A model generated the notes under the pieces. That model searched no databases. It was given only the letters and a program-made list of their open reading frames with translations, and was not told where the DNA came from. 64,000 bases of DNA from positions 30,754,001 to 30,818,000 of the forward strand of contig NC_086108.1 in assembly GCF_963921235.1 (NCBI RefSeq), read 5' to 3'. Below, in pieces: positions 1 to 11,149 of the stretch; the stretch's first letter is position 1, and each line of letters begins with the position of its first letter. The position numbers and the translations under genes were made by a program. Source of the DNA: Mobula hypostoma (taxonomy: Eukaryota).

Positions 1-104
1 CAAAACAGTCATGTCAAAAGTACATCGAAATACACTGAAACAATTTGACGCAACATTAAAGGTGCCCAATCTCAATATATCAACATTACTGTGAACTAGG
101 TTCC

Positions 105-680
105 TTAAGATTGTTATAGCTGGGGAAGGTAGTGGGGATAAGTGCCACTACCTGTTGAGTGTTCCCAACGGTGTGCGCCTCAAATATCCTCTGACAACCA
201 AGACAAGCTCCTGGCTTTCATATTTGGTTTAGCTACTAAACCCAGAAGAACCATTTCCACTGACAAGAGAAGAGGCAAAAGCAGGTTACTGGGAACTTAA
301 ACCAGTTGCTTTGGGCCGATTGCCTTATCTGCCGTGGTTGGTAGCTCATCTAGGGGAAGGAAAACTCTGATCTCAAACATCCGCTGCTTTGTGGCTATAC
401 CCACTCATGGAGAAGGCTTCGGGAGTAAATCCCAAGGAGAAATCCGGAGCTGGAGTCCTTAGGAGAATCCTATGTTGAGTTCAATGCTGACTGGCAACTT
501 CTGTGATGCTGCTGGTGTCAAAGTACATCGGTCTTTGCTGTTCCGTTTGATTCATCACCTGTGTGGAGAAGGGGAGCCGGCTGCATGGGCTCTCCATCTC
601 ATACTGCTCTCGCTTGTGTAACATGTAGATAGCTGGGACACCGCATCCGTGGCTGACCCTGACAAATGGAGAGCCTCAAC
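105..680 (+). mobile_element. Non-coding interspersed repeat resembling an RTE-clade 5'UTR (non-autonomous element)
   Basis: A reverse-complement copy lies at ~49735-50077 (shared ggaaggaaaactctgatctcaaac...gggagtaaa..ccaagga.aaatc.ggag.tggagtcc.taag). No ORF. The RTE link is recalled similarity only. Confidence 0.5.
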
Positions 681-1105
681 TGTGAACTAAAATAAACATT
701 AATAATTAAACACTGTAGTTCAGGGATCACAAAATTAAATATTGGCTTCTGAAATTTGTTCTCTGGATTTGAATTGTTCTCTACTCTTATTTCTGCTGTC
801 CACCTCATCCTTAACTTCATTATTTTCTAAACATGTAAGTTGCCCCTCATTCTCCTGCTCTCAAAATGATAAAGATCATCATGGCCAACCTCTTCCAATA
901 ACTCAGGCCCTCAGGCATCATTATTGTAATTCCCTTCTGCACCTTCTCATCGACCCCCAAATTCCCCTCCCCTGCACACAAACAAATGAGAAAGGTCGGG
1001 CAAAAAACACAGAATATAAAAAACTTTGTCTGAAAAAAAAAGTCTAGAGTCCAAGTCCATATCTAAAATACAACAAACATACTCTGGAAACTGTGGCAAA
1101 CCTTT

Positions 1106-1194
1106 CCCTCTCTATAGCAGAGCAATCCTACCAGCAATCAAAAGGCAATCTCCCCTCTCTATAGCAGAGCGATCCCACCAGCAATCAAAAGGCA
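1106..1194. repeat. 47-bp tandem duplication
   Basis: ccctctctatagcagagc.atcc.accagcaatcaaaaggca at 1106 and 1153. Confidence 0.85.
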
Positions 1195-1844
1195 GGCAGC
1201 TGGCGCTCACCTTCCACATTCACCTTGTTGTTTCAATTTTCCTTGTCGCTTTCATCGGCAATCAATGGAAGCTTTAATTGGTGAAATGGAGTCAAATATT
1301 GGCTCACTGTATTCTCACTACGAGGTTTGCTTACAGTGCCTCTGCCTCTCAGAATCCTCTGAGAGACTGCAGAGAACTAGAACATCCAAACTGCAAATCG
1401 CAGGCTCCCACCCTTCCAGAGTCACATTCAAGATGAAAAACAAACATAAAAGACATAAAAGTAGTGAAATATATGGTTTGGTGATCTATCCAGAAGATGT
1501 CAACCGAAGGTGTGTTTTGCACAGGTACCATCTTGACTGGAATGCCCGTTTCCAATGAGAGGTTCAGCTCTGCAGAAGAAAGAATGAGGAGTAGAACATG
1601 TTGACTCTAGGTATTTGGCAGATTACAGGTCACATTTGAAAGCTGGAACTGACTGAGACTGATTCTTTGGAAGAGGGCAATAGATTTTTGGACTACAGAA
1701 GAACGAGGTGAATGAAAATATTGAGGCCAATGATCAAAGCAGCTGTTATTTTAATGAACAGTGGAACAATTTAATAAAATGGGAGGGTCTAAACTAGCTT
1801 GGCAGGTGATGGGAATCAGAGCATCAGGCCAGAAAATAGAAGAA

Positions 1845-2255
1845 TTCAGAAGGAGGAGAGGAGATCTTATAGAAACATATAAAATTATGAAAGGAATAGA
1901 TACAATAGAGGCAAGAAAGTTGTTTCCACTGGTAGGTGAGACTAGAACTAGGGGACATAGCCTCAAGATTTGGGGGAGTAAATTTAGGACGGTGATGTGG
2001 AGGAACTGCTTTTCCCAAAGAGAGGTGAAATCTGTGGAATTCTCCGCCCCATGAAACTATGGAAGCTACCTCAGTAAATATATTCAAGACAAGGTTGGAT
2101 AGATATTTTCATAGTAGGGGAATTAAGGGTTATGGGGGAAAAGCAGGTAGGTGGAGGTGAGTCCATGGTCAGATCAGCCATGTTCTTATTAAATAGCGGA
2201 ACAGTTTCAAGGGGCCAGATGGCCAACTCCTGCTCCTATTTCTTATGTTCTGATA
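1845..2255 (+). mobile_element. CR1-type LINE 3' fragment
   Basis: RRRGDLIETYKIMKGID...TRGHSLKI (ORF2 C-terminus); ends in ctcctgctcctatttcttatgttct. Confidence 0.9.
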
Positions 2256-2299
2256 TGAAGGTTGATATCCTGACCTGTACAGTCATGCAAGAGCAGGTA

Positions 2300-4440
2300 A
2301 TAGATGCAATGGGATGCACATTTTGAAATGTGGTGGTATTTTGATGCTAGAAGTAAGGGTGATGAACTCAGAGCACAGATTAGTATATGCAAATATGATG
2401 TTGTGCCCATAACAAAGACTTAGTTGAGAGGGGGACAGGGATAATTCTTAACGTTCCAAGGTTTCAATAATTTAGAAAAGATAGAGAATAAGGTAAAGGG
2501 TTAGCATGGAAATTGCACTATTGATCAAGGACAATGTCACAACTGCATTTAGAGGGCTTAGTCACCAAGTCTTTCTGGGTAGAACTCAACAATAATACTT
2601 GTGCAACCACAGATGGGATTGTACTACAAAAGTTTATGTTGCAACTTTATTAACCTTATGTCCATCTTTATAAAACTCTGGTTAGGCCATTTCTGGAGTA
2701 TTGAGAACAGTTCTGGTCGCCCCGCTATAGGAAGGACATTGAGGCTTTGGAAAGGTTTCTGAAGAGGTTTTCTAGGAATCTCTGTGGTTTAGAGAGCAGG
2801 TGCTGTCACGAGAGTCTGGACAAACTTGGACTGTTTTCTCTGGAGTAGCAGAGGCTGAGGAGAGTCCTGATAGAGGTTCATATAGGAAGATCATGAGAGG
2901 AATAGATAGAGTGGACAGTGTCTGTTTCTCAGGGTTGAAATATCTAATACCAGAGAGAATGCATTGAAGGTAAGAGGGGGTGGGTTGAAGGGGGGATGTG
3001 AGGAGTAAGTTTTTTTTACTCGGAGTGGTGAATGCCTGGATCTGGTAATGAGCCTGGCCATGTTACCCTTAATGGGAGAACACTTAGGAACAGTGATTAT
3101 AACTCCTTAAGTTTTAAATTAACTATAGGCAAGGATAAAAGAATATGGACCTTGTGCAGAGCCTTAAACTGGAGTAGGACAAATTATGAGTGTATTAAGC
3201 AGGAACTAGGGAGAATTGGCCACATTTGTGTTTGGCTAAGTTCATATCTGACATTTGGAAGTTAAAGATCAACTGCATTGAGCTTAGGACAAGTATATTC
3301 CAGAGGGAAGAAAGGACATGAATAGTAATGTTTCAGGAAGCCTGGATGTTATTAATTTAGTCAAGAGAAAAAGAAAGCGTATGTAAGGTTTAGGAAGCTA
3401 GAATTAAACAAAGCCCTGAGGATTATGTAAGCCAAGAAAATACTCAAGTAGTGAATTAGGAAATCCAGGAGAGGCCACAAAATGTCCTTTGTAAATAGGA
3501 TTAAAGAGAATTCTCAAGTACTTCATACAAAAATAAGGGATAACTAAGGAGTAGGCAAGACCAGTCAAAAATAAAGATGGGAACATTTGCTTAGAGGTGG
3601 AGGATGTGGATGAGGTCCTAAATGAGTACTTTACAACAGTAATTATTAAGGGATAGGACATGGAGGATAGTGAATGTGGAGTATGATAATTTGCTAAGGC
3701 AATTAAAGACAAAGAAGGAGGTAGTGTCGAGTCTCTTAAAGGTGGATAAGTCTTCAGGGACTGATGAGATACCCCCCAGGTTATTGAGAGAGGACCTTGA
3801 TGAGATTATGGGGGCCTTGACCGAAATCTTCATGCCCTTTATAGCCATAGGTGAGGTCCCTGAGGACTGGCAATAATGTTGTTCCATTATTCAAGGGGAA
3901 ATAGCAATTGTCCAGGAAACTATAGACTGGTGAATTTCACATCAATGGTAGGGAAATTACCGAGTGAAGATTCTTAGAGATAGCATTTCTGTGCATTTGG
4001 AAAACCATGGCCAAATTCGAGACAGTCAGCCTGATTTTGTACTCGGCAAGTTGTGTGTTAACTTAATAGAGTTTTTCCAAAGAGGTAAAGAAGGTAATTG
4101 ATGAAGGTAGAGCTGTGGATGTTGTCTATATGTGGATTTTAATAAGATGTTTGACAATGTTCTTCATAATGACTCATTCTTTTGGATTCAGAATTGGCTT
4201 GCCTATAGTAGACAGAAGGTAGTGGTCAATCAAACTTATTCTGACTGGAGGTGTATGACAAGTGGTGTTCTGCAGCGATCTGTACCAGGACCTATGCTAT
4301 TTGTGATATATGTATATGGTGTATATATAAATGACCTGGATTAAAACATTGAGGTGTGTGTTAGTAATCTTGTTGATGATACAAAGATCAGCGGTGTTGT
4401 AGATAGTGCAGAAGACTGCAGAATGATAAGGTAGATAATG
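2300..4440 (+). mobile_element. Stacked, decayed CR1 ORF2 fragments (endonuclease, 3' end, RT)
   Basis: KVDKSSGTDEIPPRLLRE, VPEDW, MDFNKMFDNV, SGVLQRSVPGPMLFVIY..NDLD motifs with many stops and frameshifts. Confidence 0.85.
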
Positions 4441-4444
4441 GAAA

Positions 4445-4835
4445 TCCTTTTACAAGGGTGGAAACATTATATAATGGAATTGTGATAGAGTTCCTCTTGT
4501 CTTTATCTACCACCCCATGAGCCTCCAGATCCAATACATCATTCTCTGCAACTTGCACCATTTCCAAAGGGATCCTGCTACTAAACATATATTTATGTTC
4601 CTCCCTTCCACTCCGCTTTCCACAGGGATGACTCCCTCTGTGAATCCCTTGTCCATTCATCCCTCTCCACTAATCTCCCTCCAAGAACTTATCCCTGCAA
4701 GCAGTCAAATTACTACACCTGCCCATTCACCTCCTCCCTCACCTCCATTCAGGGTCCCAGACAGTCTTTCCAGGTGAGGCAACACCTCATTTGTGAATCT
4801 GCTGAAGTCATCTATTATATCTGGTATTCCAATGC
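4445..4835 (+). mobile_element. Penelope-like element remnant (region leading into GIY-YIG)
   Basis: SLQIQYIILCNLHHFQRDPATKHIF is homologous to the 7592-8371 ORF. Confidence 0.85.
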
Positions 4836-4947
4836 ACAAGACAGTGGTCATAAACCTGACACTGATTCCAATGATGTCAAAATGTATAAATTGTATTTTC
4901 AAAATCCTCAATTCTATGCAAAGGACTTGCTTTGATAGCAATCCAAT

Positions 4948-5081
4948 CACAAAGAGAAAATCTGCAGATGCTGGAAATCCAAGCAACACACACACACACA
5001 AAATGCTGGAGGAGCTCAACAGACGAGGCACAGATGCTGCCTGGACGACAGAGTTCCTCCGGCATTTTGTGTGTATTGCTT
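4948..5081. mobile_element. Short palindromic Penelope-terminus-derived element
   Basis: Inverted arms acacacaaaatgctggagga / ttcctccggcattttgtgtgt match the 3' end of the Penelope element at 8720-8762. Confidence 0.75.
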
Positions 5082-5920
5082 CGGATAGAAACATGCATTA
5101 TCTCTGAATGTCTAATTAATGGCTCTTGGGGCACTCAGAATATTGGTGGCTTGTTTGAGAGTTCTTCACATGTTGAAACTGAGCTGACAATAGAAAAGGT
5201 TTGACCTAAATCGGTAGCTCTAATCCAGCAGATGAGTTTGCTACAATGATTCAGGGTCATACCACATGGTATGTTCAGTTTTCAAAGGTACATTTACTCT
5301 TTATAAACTACACTTATTCCTCCTTAAAGAAAATAGACTATCATCTACTGATGCACATAAAATTATGTAATTGGTTAATTCGTTACATCGGTATGGAGTT
5401 TTATATTTAACCAGCCATCACTTCACTCAGTCTCTTTATCCCTTTATGTTCTGAACTTCTTGTAGCAAGCTACCATTGACATTTCTAAAAGATAATGGTA
5501 ACTTGAGAGCATCTCTTTGAAAGTTAAACATTAAACACATTTGGTCACGCATCCTGTTCCATAGTTATTGCTCGAACATAATTAGATTCATAACTGTAAA
5601 TGCACACTCTGGAGCGCCATTTTTCTGGCATCACCTGCGGATGGTAGGGTGAGAGGGGAAAATTTTAAAAGAGAGCTCAAAGGCACCCTATTCATGCAGA
5701 GTTGGTGAGTATTTGGAAAATGAGCCACCAGAAGATCTGGCTGAAGCATGTACAATAGTAACATTTAAGAAGCACTTAGGTAGGTACATGCATTGGCAGG
5801 GCTTAGAAGGCTATGGGTCAAATATGGAAATAGGGACTAGCTGGGTGAGCACCACAGCTGGCATGGACTCATGGAGCTGAAGTTTCTGTATCCATGCTCA
5901 AAGGTTCAAAGGTTCATTTG

Positions 5921-7050
5921 ACTAGAGAGCTAGGTTAGGGATGTGACTGAATGCAGACTAGGAGCTGGGACAAGAACACAGACTTGGGCTAGGACATTTG
6001 CTAGGAAAGTGGGACCAGGACAAGGAACTGGGAACTGGGAGCCTGGGCTTGGACTCCGAACCAGAGACTGGACAAGGACCCAGAACCTGGGTCTTGACTC
6101 GGGCTTGGACTTCGGAACTGGGCAAGGACATTATGTGGCTACAGGACTGGACATGGCTTGGGTTCCTCGAGGCTTGGATTCTTTGTGGCTTGGGTTCCTC
6201 ATGGTGAGGTCTTGGGAGACAGGACTAGGCAAGGCTACAGGACAGAATGAGAGACTCGTGGGCAAGACGAGGGAACTCCAGCACAGGACGAGGTTCTTGG
6301 ACGTGGCTTGGACAGGATGAGGGAACTCCAGCACCGGGCTGGGCAAGGTACTCCTGGGCTAGGCGAGGCACATGGACAGGACGAGACACCTGGACAGGAT
6401 GAGAACATGAAGTCTTGACTTGGTCAAGGGAGACAGGAACATGGAACACAGAGCCAGGACCCCTGCTTGGAAACAGGACGTAGGGCCAGAACTCATACAC
6501 AGAACACTGAGAGACAGATCTCCACTCAAGGTAGCAGCAGACAACCTGATCTACCCAACAGAGGCGAGGGCACAAAGAGACAGTTCTCAACACAAGGTAG
6601 TGGCAAACGGTTGGACCTACCTATTGAAGGCATGGACACAGAGACAGATCCCAACACTAGGTAGCAGCAAACAGCCAGACCTACCTAGCAAAGGCATGGA
6701 CACAGAGAAACAGTTCAAAACAATGACAGACATTTCTTATCTTGCTCCAGCAGTTGAGCTTAAAAACAGTGCAGGTGAGGGTTAGAGGCAAGGCGAGGCA
6801 AGGCAAGGCGAGGCGAGGCAAGACTTCAGGAGGAAGGGGTAGGGAAGGGATTCAGACAGGGGGTTTTGACAGGAACAATCTAGCAACTGAAGCTGAACCA
6901 AGGAGCTGTTTATGTAGCCAGCCCAAAATGTGAATCAGCTGCCTCAATTAGAGCACCCAACAGAAACAGGGAAAACCAGAAAACCTGGAATAAGGAATGA
7001 TGGACCAGACCGTGAACCGGAATCTGGACTTCACGGACCGGACCATGAAA
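5921..7050 (-). mobile_element. Probable LTR or LTR-element fragment with internal tandem repeats
   Basis: On the minus strand it begins tttcatggtccggtcc (degenerate TG start) and has cagctg...tacataaa (TATA-like). GC-rich repeated modules; no recognisable protein. Confidence 0.5.
6511..6720. repeat. ~64-66-bp tandem repeat, 3+ units
   Basis: gagacag.tc...ac.c.aggtag..gca.ac... units start at 6511, 6577, 6641 and (partial) 6705. Confidence 0.85.
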
Positions 7051-7638
7051 ATTCTATCTGCCACTTTTTTGACCATTCTTCCAATTTGTTTAAGTCCTGC
7101 GGCTAACATATTGCTTCCTCAGCACTACCTACCCCCTCCCCACCTATATTTGTATCATCCACAAACTTTGCCACAAAGCCATCAATTCCCTGATCCAAAT
7201 CATTGACAACCAATGTGAAAAGTAGTAATCCCAATACTGACCCCTGAGGAACACCATTAGTCACTGGCAGCCAACCAGAAAAGGCCCCTTTCATTCCCAC
7301 TCACTGCCTCCTGCCTGTCAGCCATTCCTCTGTCCATGCCAGTATCTTTGATGTAACGACATAGGATTTTATCTTGTTAAGCAGCCTCACGTGTGGCATC
7401 TTATCAAATGCCTTCTGAAAATCCAAGTAAATGATATCCACTGCCTCTCTTTTGTCTACCCTGCTTGTTACTTCCTTGAAGAACTCCAACAGATTTGTCA
7501 GGCAAGATTTCCCTTTACAAAAACCATGCTGACTGACTTATTTTATCATTGTTCTCCAAGTACCCCGAAACCTCATCCTTAATATTAGACTTTGACACTT
7601 TCCCAACCATTGAGGTTAGGCAAACTGGCCTATAATTT

Positions 7639-8371
7639 TTTTAAAGAAAGGGGCTTCCCTTCCTCCACTATCAACTCTGCTCTTAAACGCATCTCCCCCA
7701 TTTCACGTACATCTGCTCCCACTCCATCCTCCCACCACCCCACTAGGAATAGGGTTCCCCTGATCCTCACCTACCACCCCACCAGCCTCCGGGTCCAACA
7801 TATTATTCTCCGTAACTTCCGCCACCTCCAACGGGATCCCACCACTAAGCACATCTTTCCCTCCCCCCCTCTCTCTGCATTCCGCAGGGATCGCTCCCTA
7901 CACAACTCCCTTGTCCATTCGTCCCCCCCATCCCTCCCCACTGATCTCCCTCCTGGCACTTATCCGTGTAAGCGGAACAAGTGCTACACATGCCCTTACA
8001 CTTCCTCCCTTACCACCATTCAGGGCCCCAAACAGTCCTTCCAGGTGAGGCATCACTTCACCTGTGAGTCGACTGGGGTGATATACTGCATCCGGTGCTC
8101 CCGATGTGGCCTTTTATATATTGGTGAGACCCAACGCAGACTGGGAGACCGCTTTGTTGAACATCTACGCTCTGTCCGCCAGAGAAAGCAGGATCTCCCA
8201 GTGGCCACACATTTTAATTCCACATCCCATTCCCATTCTGACATGTCTATCCACGGCCTCCTCTACTGTAAAGATGAAGCCACATTCAGGTTGGAGGAAC
8301 AACACCTTATATTCCGTCTGGGTAGCCTCCAACCTGATGGCATGAACATCGACTTCTCTAACTTCCGCTAA
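7639..8371 (+). CDS. Penelope ORF C-terminus with GIY-YIG endonuclease (5'-truncated, open frame)
   Basis: CKRNKCYTC...GVIYCIRCSRCGLLYIGETQRRLGDRFVEH...HFN...E..LIFRLGSLQPDGMN. The ORF-track start at 7592 is read-through from the flanking CR1. Confidence 0.9.
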
Positions 8372-8666
8372 GGCCCCGCCTCCCCCTCGTACCCCATCTG
8401 TTACTCATTTTTATGCACACATTCTTTCTCTCACTCTCCTTTTTCTCCCTCTGTCCCTCTGAATATACCTCTTGCCCATCCTCTGGGCCACCCCCCCCAC
8501 TTGTCTTTCTTCCCGGACCTCCTGTCCCATGATCCTCTCGTATCCCCTTTTGCCTATCACCTGTCCAGCTCTCGGCTCTATCCCTCCCCCTCCTGTCTTC
8601 TCCTATCATTTTGGATCTCCCCCTCCCCCTCCAACTTTCAAATCCCTTACTCACTCTTCCTTCAGT

Positions 8667-8704
8667 TAGTCCTGACGAAGGGTCTCGGCCTGAAACGTCG
8701 ACTG
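8667..8704 (+). ncRNA. Minimal type I hammerhead ribozyme of the Penelope element
   Basis: tagtc CTGACGA agg-gtctcgg-cct GAAA c GTC gactg. Stem I tagtc/gactg, stem II agg/cct, loop-less palindromic stem III (ACGT). Predicted cleavage after 8699. Confidence 0.8.
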
Positions 8705-11149
8705 CACCTCTTCCTATAGATGCTGCTTGGCCTGCTGCGTTCACCAGCAACTTTGATGTATGTGGCCTATAATTTCCTTTCTTTTGCCTTCCTCTCTTCT
8801 TAAAGAGTGGAGTGACATTTGCAATCTTCCAGTCCACCGGGACCATGCCAGAATCAAGTGATTCTTGAAAGATCATGAGCAAAGCATCCATTATCTCTTC
8901 AGTAACCTCTCGCAGGATTCTGGGATGTAGTCCAACTGGTCCAGGTGAGTTATCCACCTGAGTGTGCCTAGCATTTTTTTCCTTTGTAATTGCAATAGCA
9001 CTCACTCCTACACCCTGATACTCACGGACCTCTGGCATACAATTAGTGTCTTCCACAGTGAAGATAGATGCAAAGTACCCAGTAATTTCATCTACCATTT
9101 TTTTCTCCCCCATTACTACCTCACCAGCATCACTTTCCAGTGGTCCAATATCAACTCTCACCTCCCTTGTACTCTTTATTATAACTGAAAAAAACTATAA
9201 TTGTACAACTACCCTTATCACATGCCTTTCCAGCTCCATTTGCAATCTCAACTCTGCATCTTGACTACTATTTCGAGGCCTATATATGATTGCCATGATG
9301 GCTTTTTTTCACCCTTTGCAGTTTCTTAACTCCACCCACAAAGATTCAATGTTTTGTGATCCCTATGTCTGTTCTTTCTAAAGATTCAATTTCAGCTCTT
9401 ACCAACAGAGCCACACCACTGCCTATGCCTTCCTGCCTGTCCTTTTGATATAATGTATATTCATTGATGTTAACCTCTCAACTATTGCCTTCTTTCAGCC
9501 ACAACTCAATGATGCCCACAATGTCATACTGACCAATCTCTAATTATGCCATGAGTTCCTCCACCTTATTCTGAATGCTACACACACTTAATTACAGCAC
9601 CTTCAGTCCTGCATTCTTTGTCCTTTTGAATTTTGCCTCTGTGGTACAATTTAGGCCTTTGTTCTGTCTCTTTGCATTTGTACCCAATCATTGGCTTGTC
9701 CTTTCTTACATTCATCTTCATCCATCATCTACTTGCAAACCTGCTGATTCATCCTCAGCTCTATAAACCTGGTTCCCATCCTCCTGCCATATTAGTTTAA
9801 AACACACCCAACAGCTCTAGCAAATCTGCCCGCAAGAATATTGGCCCCATTTGGATTCAAGTCCACCCTGTCTCTTTTGTACAAGTCCCACCTACTTCAG
9901 AAGAAGTCCCAATTATTAGGAAATCCAAGTCCCTGCCCCCCGTTCCAATTCTTCAGCGACGATTTATCTGCTACCTATTTCGATTCCTATCCTCACTTTC
10001 TCATGGCATATGCAGCAATCCCAAGATTACTACCCCTTCTCAGCTTCTTTCCTAACTCCCTATATTCTTTTTGCAGGACCTCCTCCCTTTTTCTACCTAT
10101 GTCATTGGTACCAAATGTACCACAACTTCTGGCTGCTCTCCCTCCCTTTTCAGGATGTTGTGGACGTGTTCAGAAAAATCGCAGACCTTGGCACCTGGGT
10201 GGAAAATTGCCATCCATGTTTCCTTTTTGTGTCCACAGGATTGCCTATTTCGCCCCCTGACTATAAAGTCCCCCATTACTGCTGGCATCTTCTTCAGTTC
10301 CCTACCCTTTTGAGCTACAGGGCCAGATTCAGTGCCCTAGGCACAGCCACTGTTGCTTCCCCCATGTAGGTTGTTCCCCCCACAACAGTACTCAAAATGG
10401 AGTTCTTATTGTTGAGGGGTAACAGCCTCGGGGTGCTCTCCACTATCTGATGTTCTCCCTTCCCTCTTCTGACAGTCACCCATTTATCAGTCTCTTGTAG
10501 AGTTGGGGTGACTACCTCCCTGTAGCTCCTGTCTATTACTGCTTCATTTTCTTTAACAAGCTGGAGGTCATCGAGCTGCACCTCCAGTTGCCTAACACAG
10601 ATTCTAAGAAGCTGCATCTTGACGCATTTGTTGTAGCTGTGGCAATTGGGGAGGCTGGAATTCTCCTGGAAATCCCATATCTGACTCACAGAACAGAACA
10701 TCGGCTCTGTAGTCATCCCCCTATTCTTTCCAGATTTAAATAAGAAATAAGGAATGAACTTGCCTACATACCTTTCCTCAGTCTGTTTTCGCCAAAGCCC
10801 TTTTCAGCCAAAGCCTTACTACTCCACCTTAGACTGCTCCGGTGACAACTGCTCCCCCGATGACCGCTCTGCAAATTGTTTCCTTTCTTTTATAGTGACT
10901 GGCTTTTTAAAGCACTTTGCCAGACCTGTGTGGTAACGTCTCTACTGTGTCTGAGCAGTTCTCCAATCAATGATCATACAATCTTAAGATTGCATGATAC
11001 TGTACAACCTTCGATAATAAATATACAGTATTTCGAACTTTGAACTTTGAATTTAATTGGTGAAAAATTATTGGTGTTTTTCCAAGAAACCACACAAACC
11101 TTCATTTGGAGAGTCATTTTATTCAGAGACAAAACTGTTAATTAGTTAA

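Larger units (their letters stand above)
7639..8762 (+). mobile_element. 5'-truncated Penelope-like retroelement with 13-bp TSD
   Basis: TSD tggcctataattt at 7626-7638 and 8763-8775; GIY-YIG ORF, pyrimidine-rich 3'UTR and hammerhead motif near the end. Confidence 0.93.
7051..10960 (-). mobile_element. Decayed, internally deleted CR1 LINE (5'UTR, ORF1 esterase, ORF2/RT), interrupted by a Penelope insertion
   Basis: ORF1-like MQLLRICVRQLEVQLDDLQL and EGEQPEVVVH; RT motifs YLDFQKAFDK, GVPQGSVLG, AKFVDDT. Confidence 0.9.

Noticed and set aside
6511..6720. CRISPR-like periodicity (~65 bp)
   Set aside because: Whole units are homologous with no unique spacers; no cas genes; vertebrate context.
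8358..9161. 267-aa ORF as a novel fusion protein
   Set aside because: CR1 ORF2 fragment reading by chance into the antisense Penelope 3'UTR.
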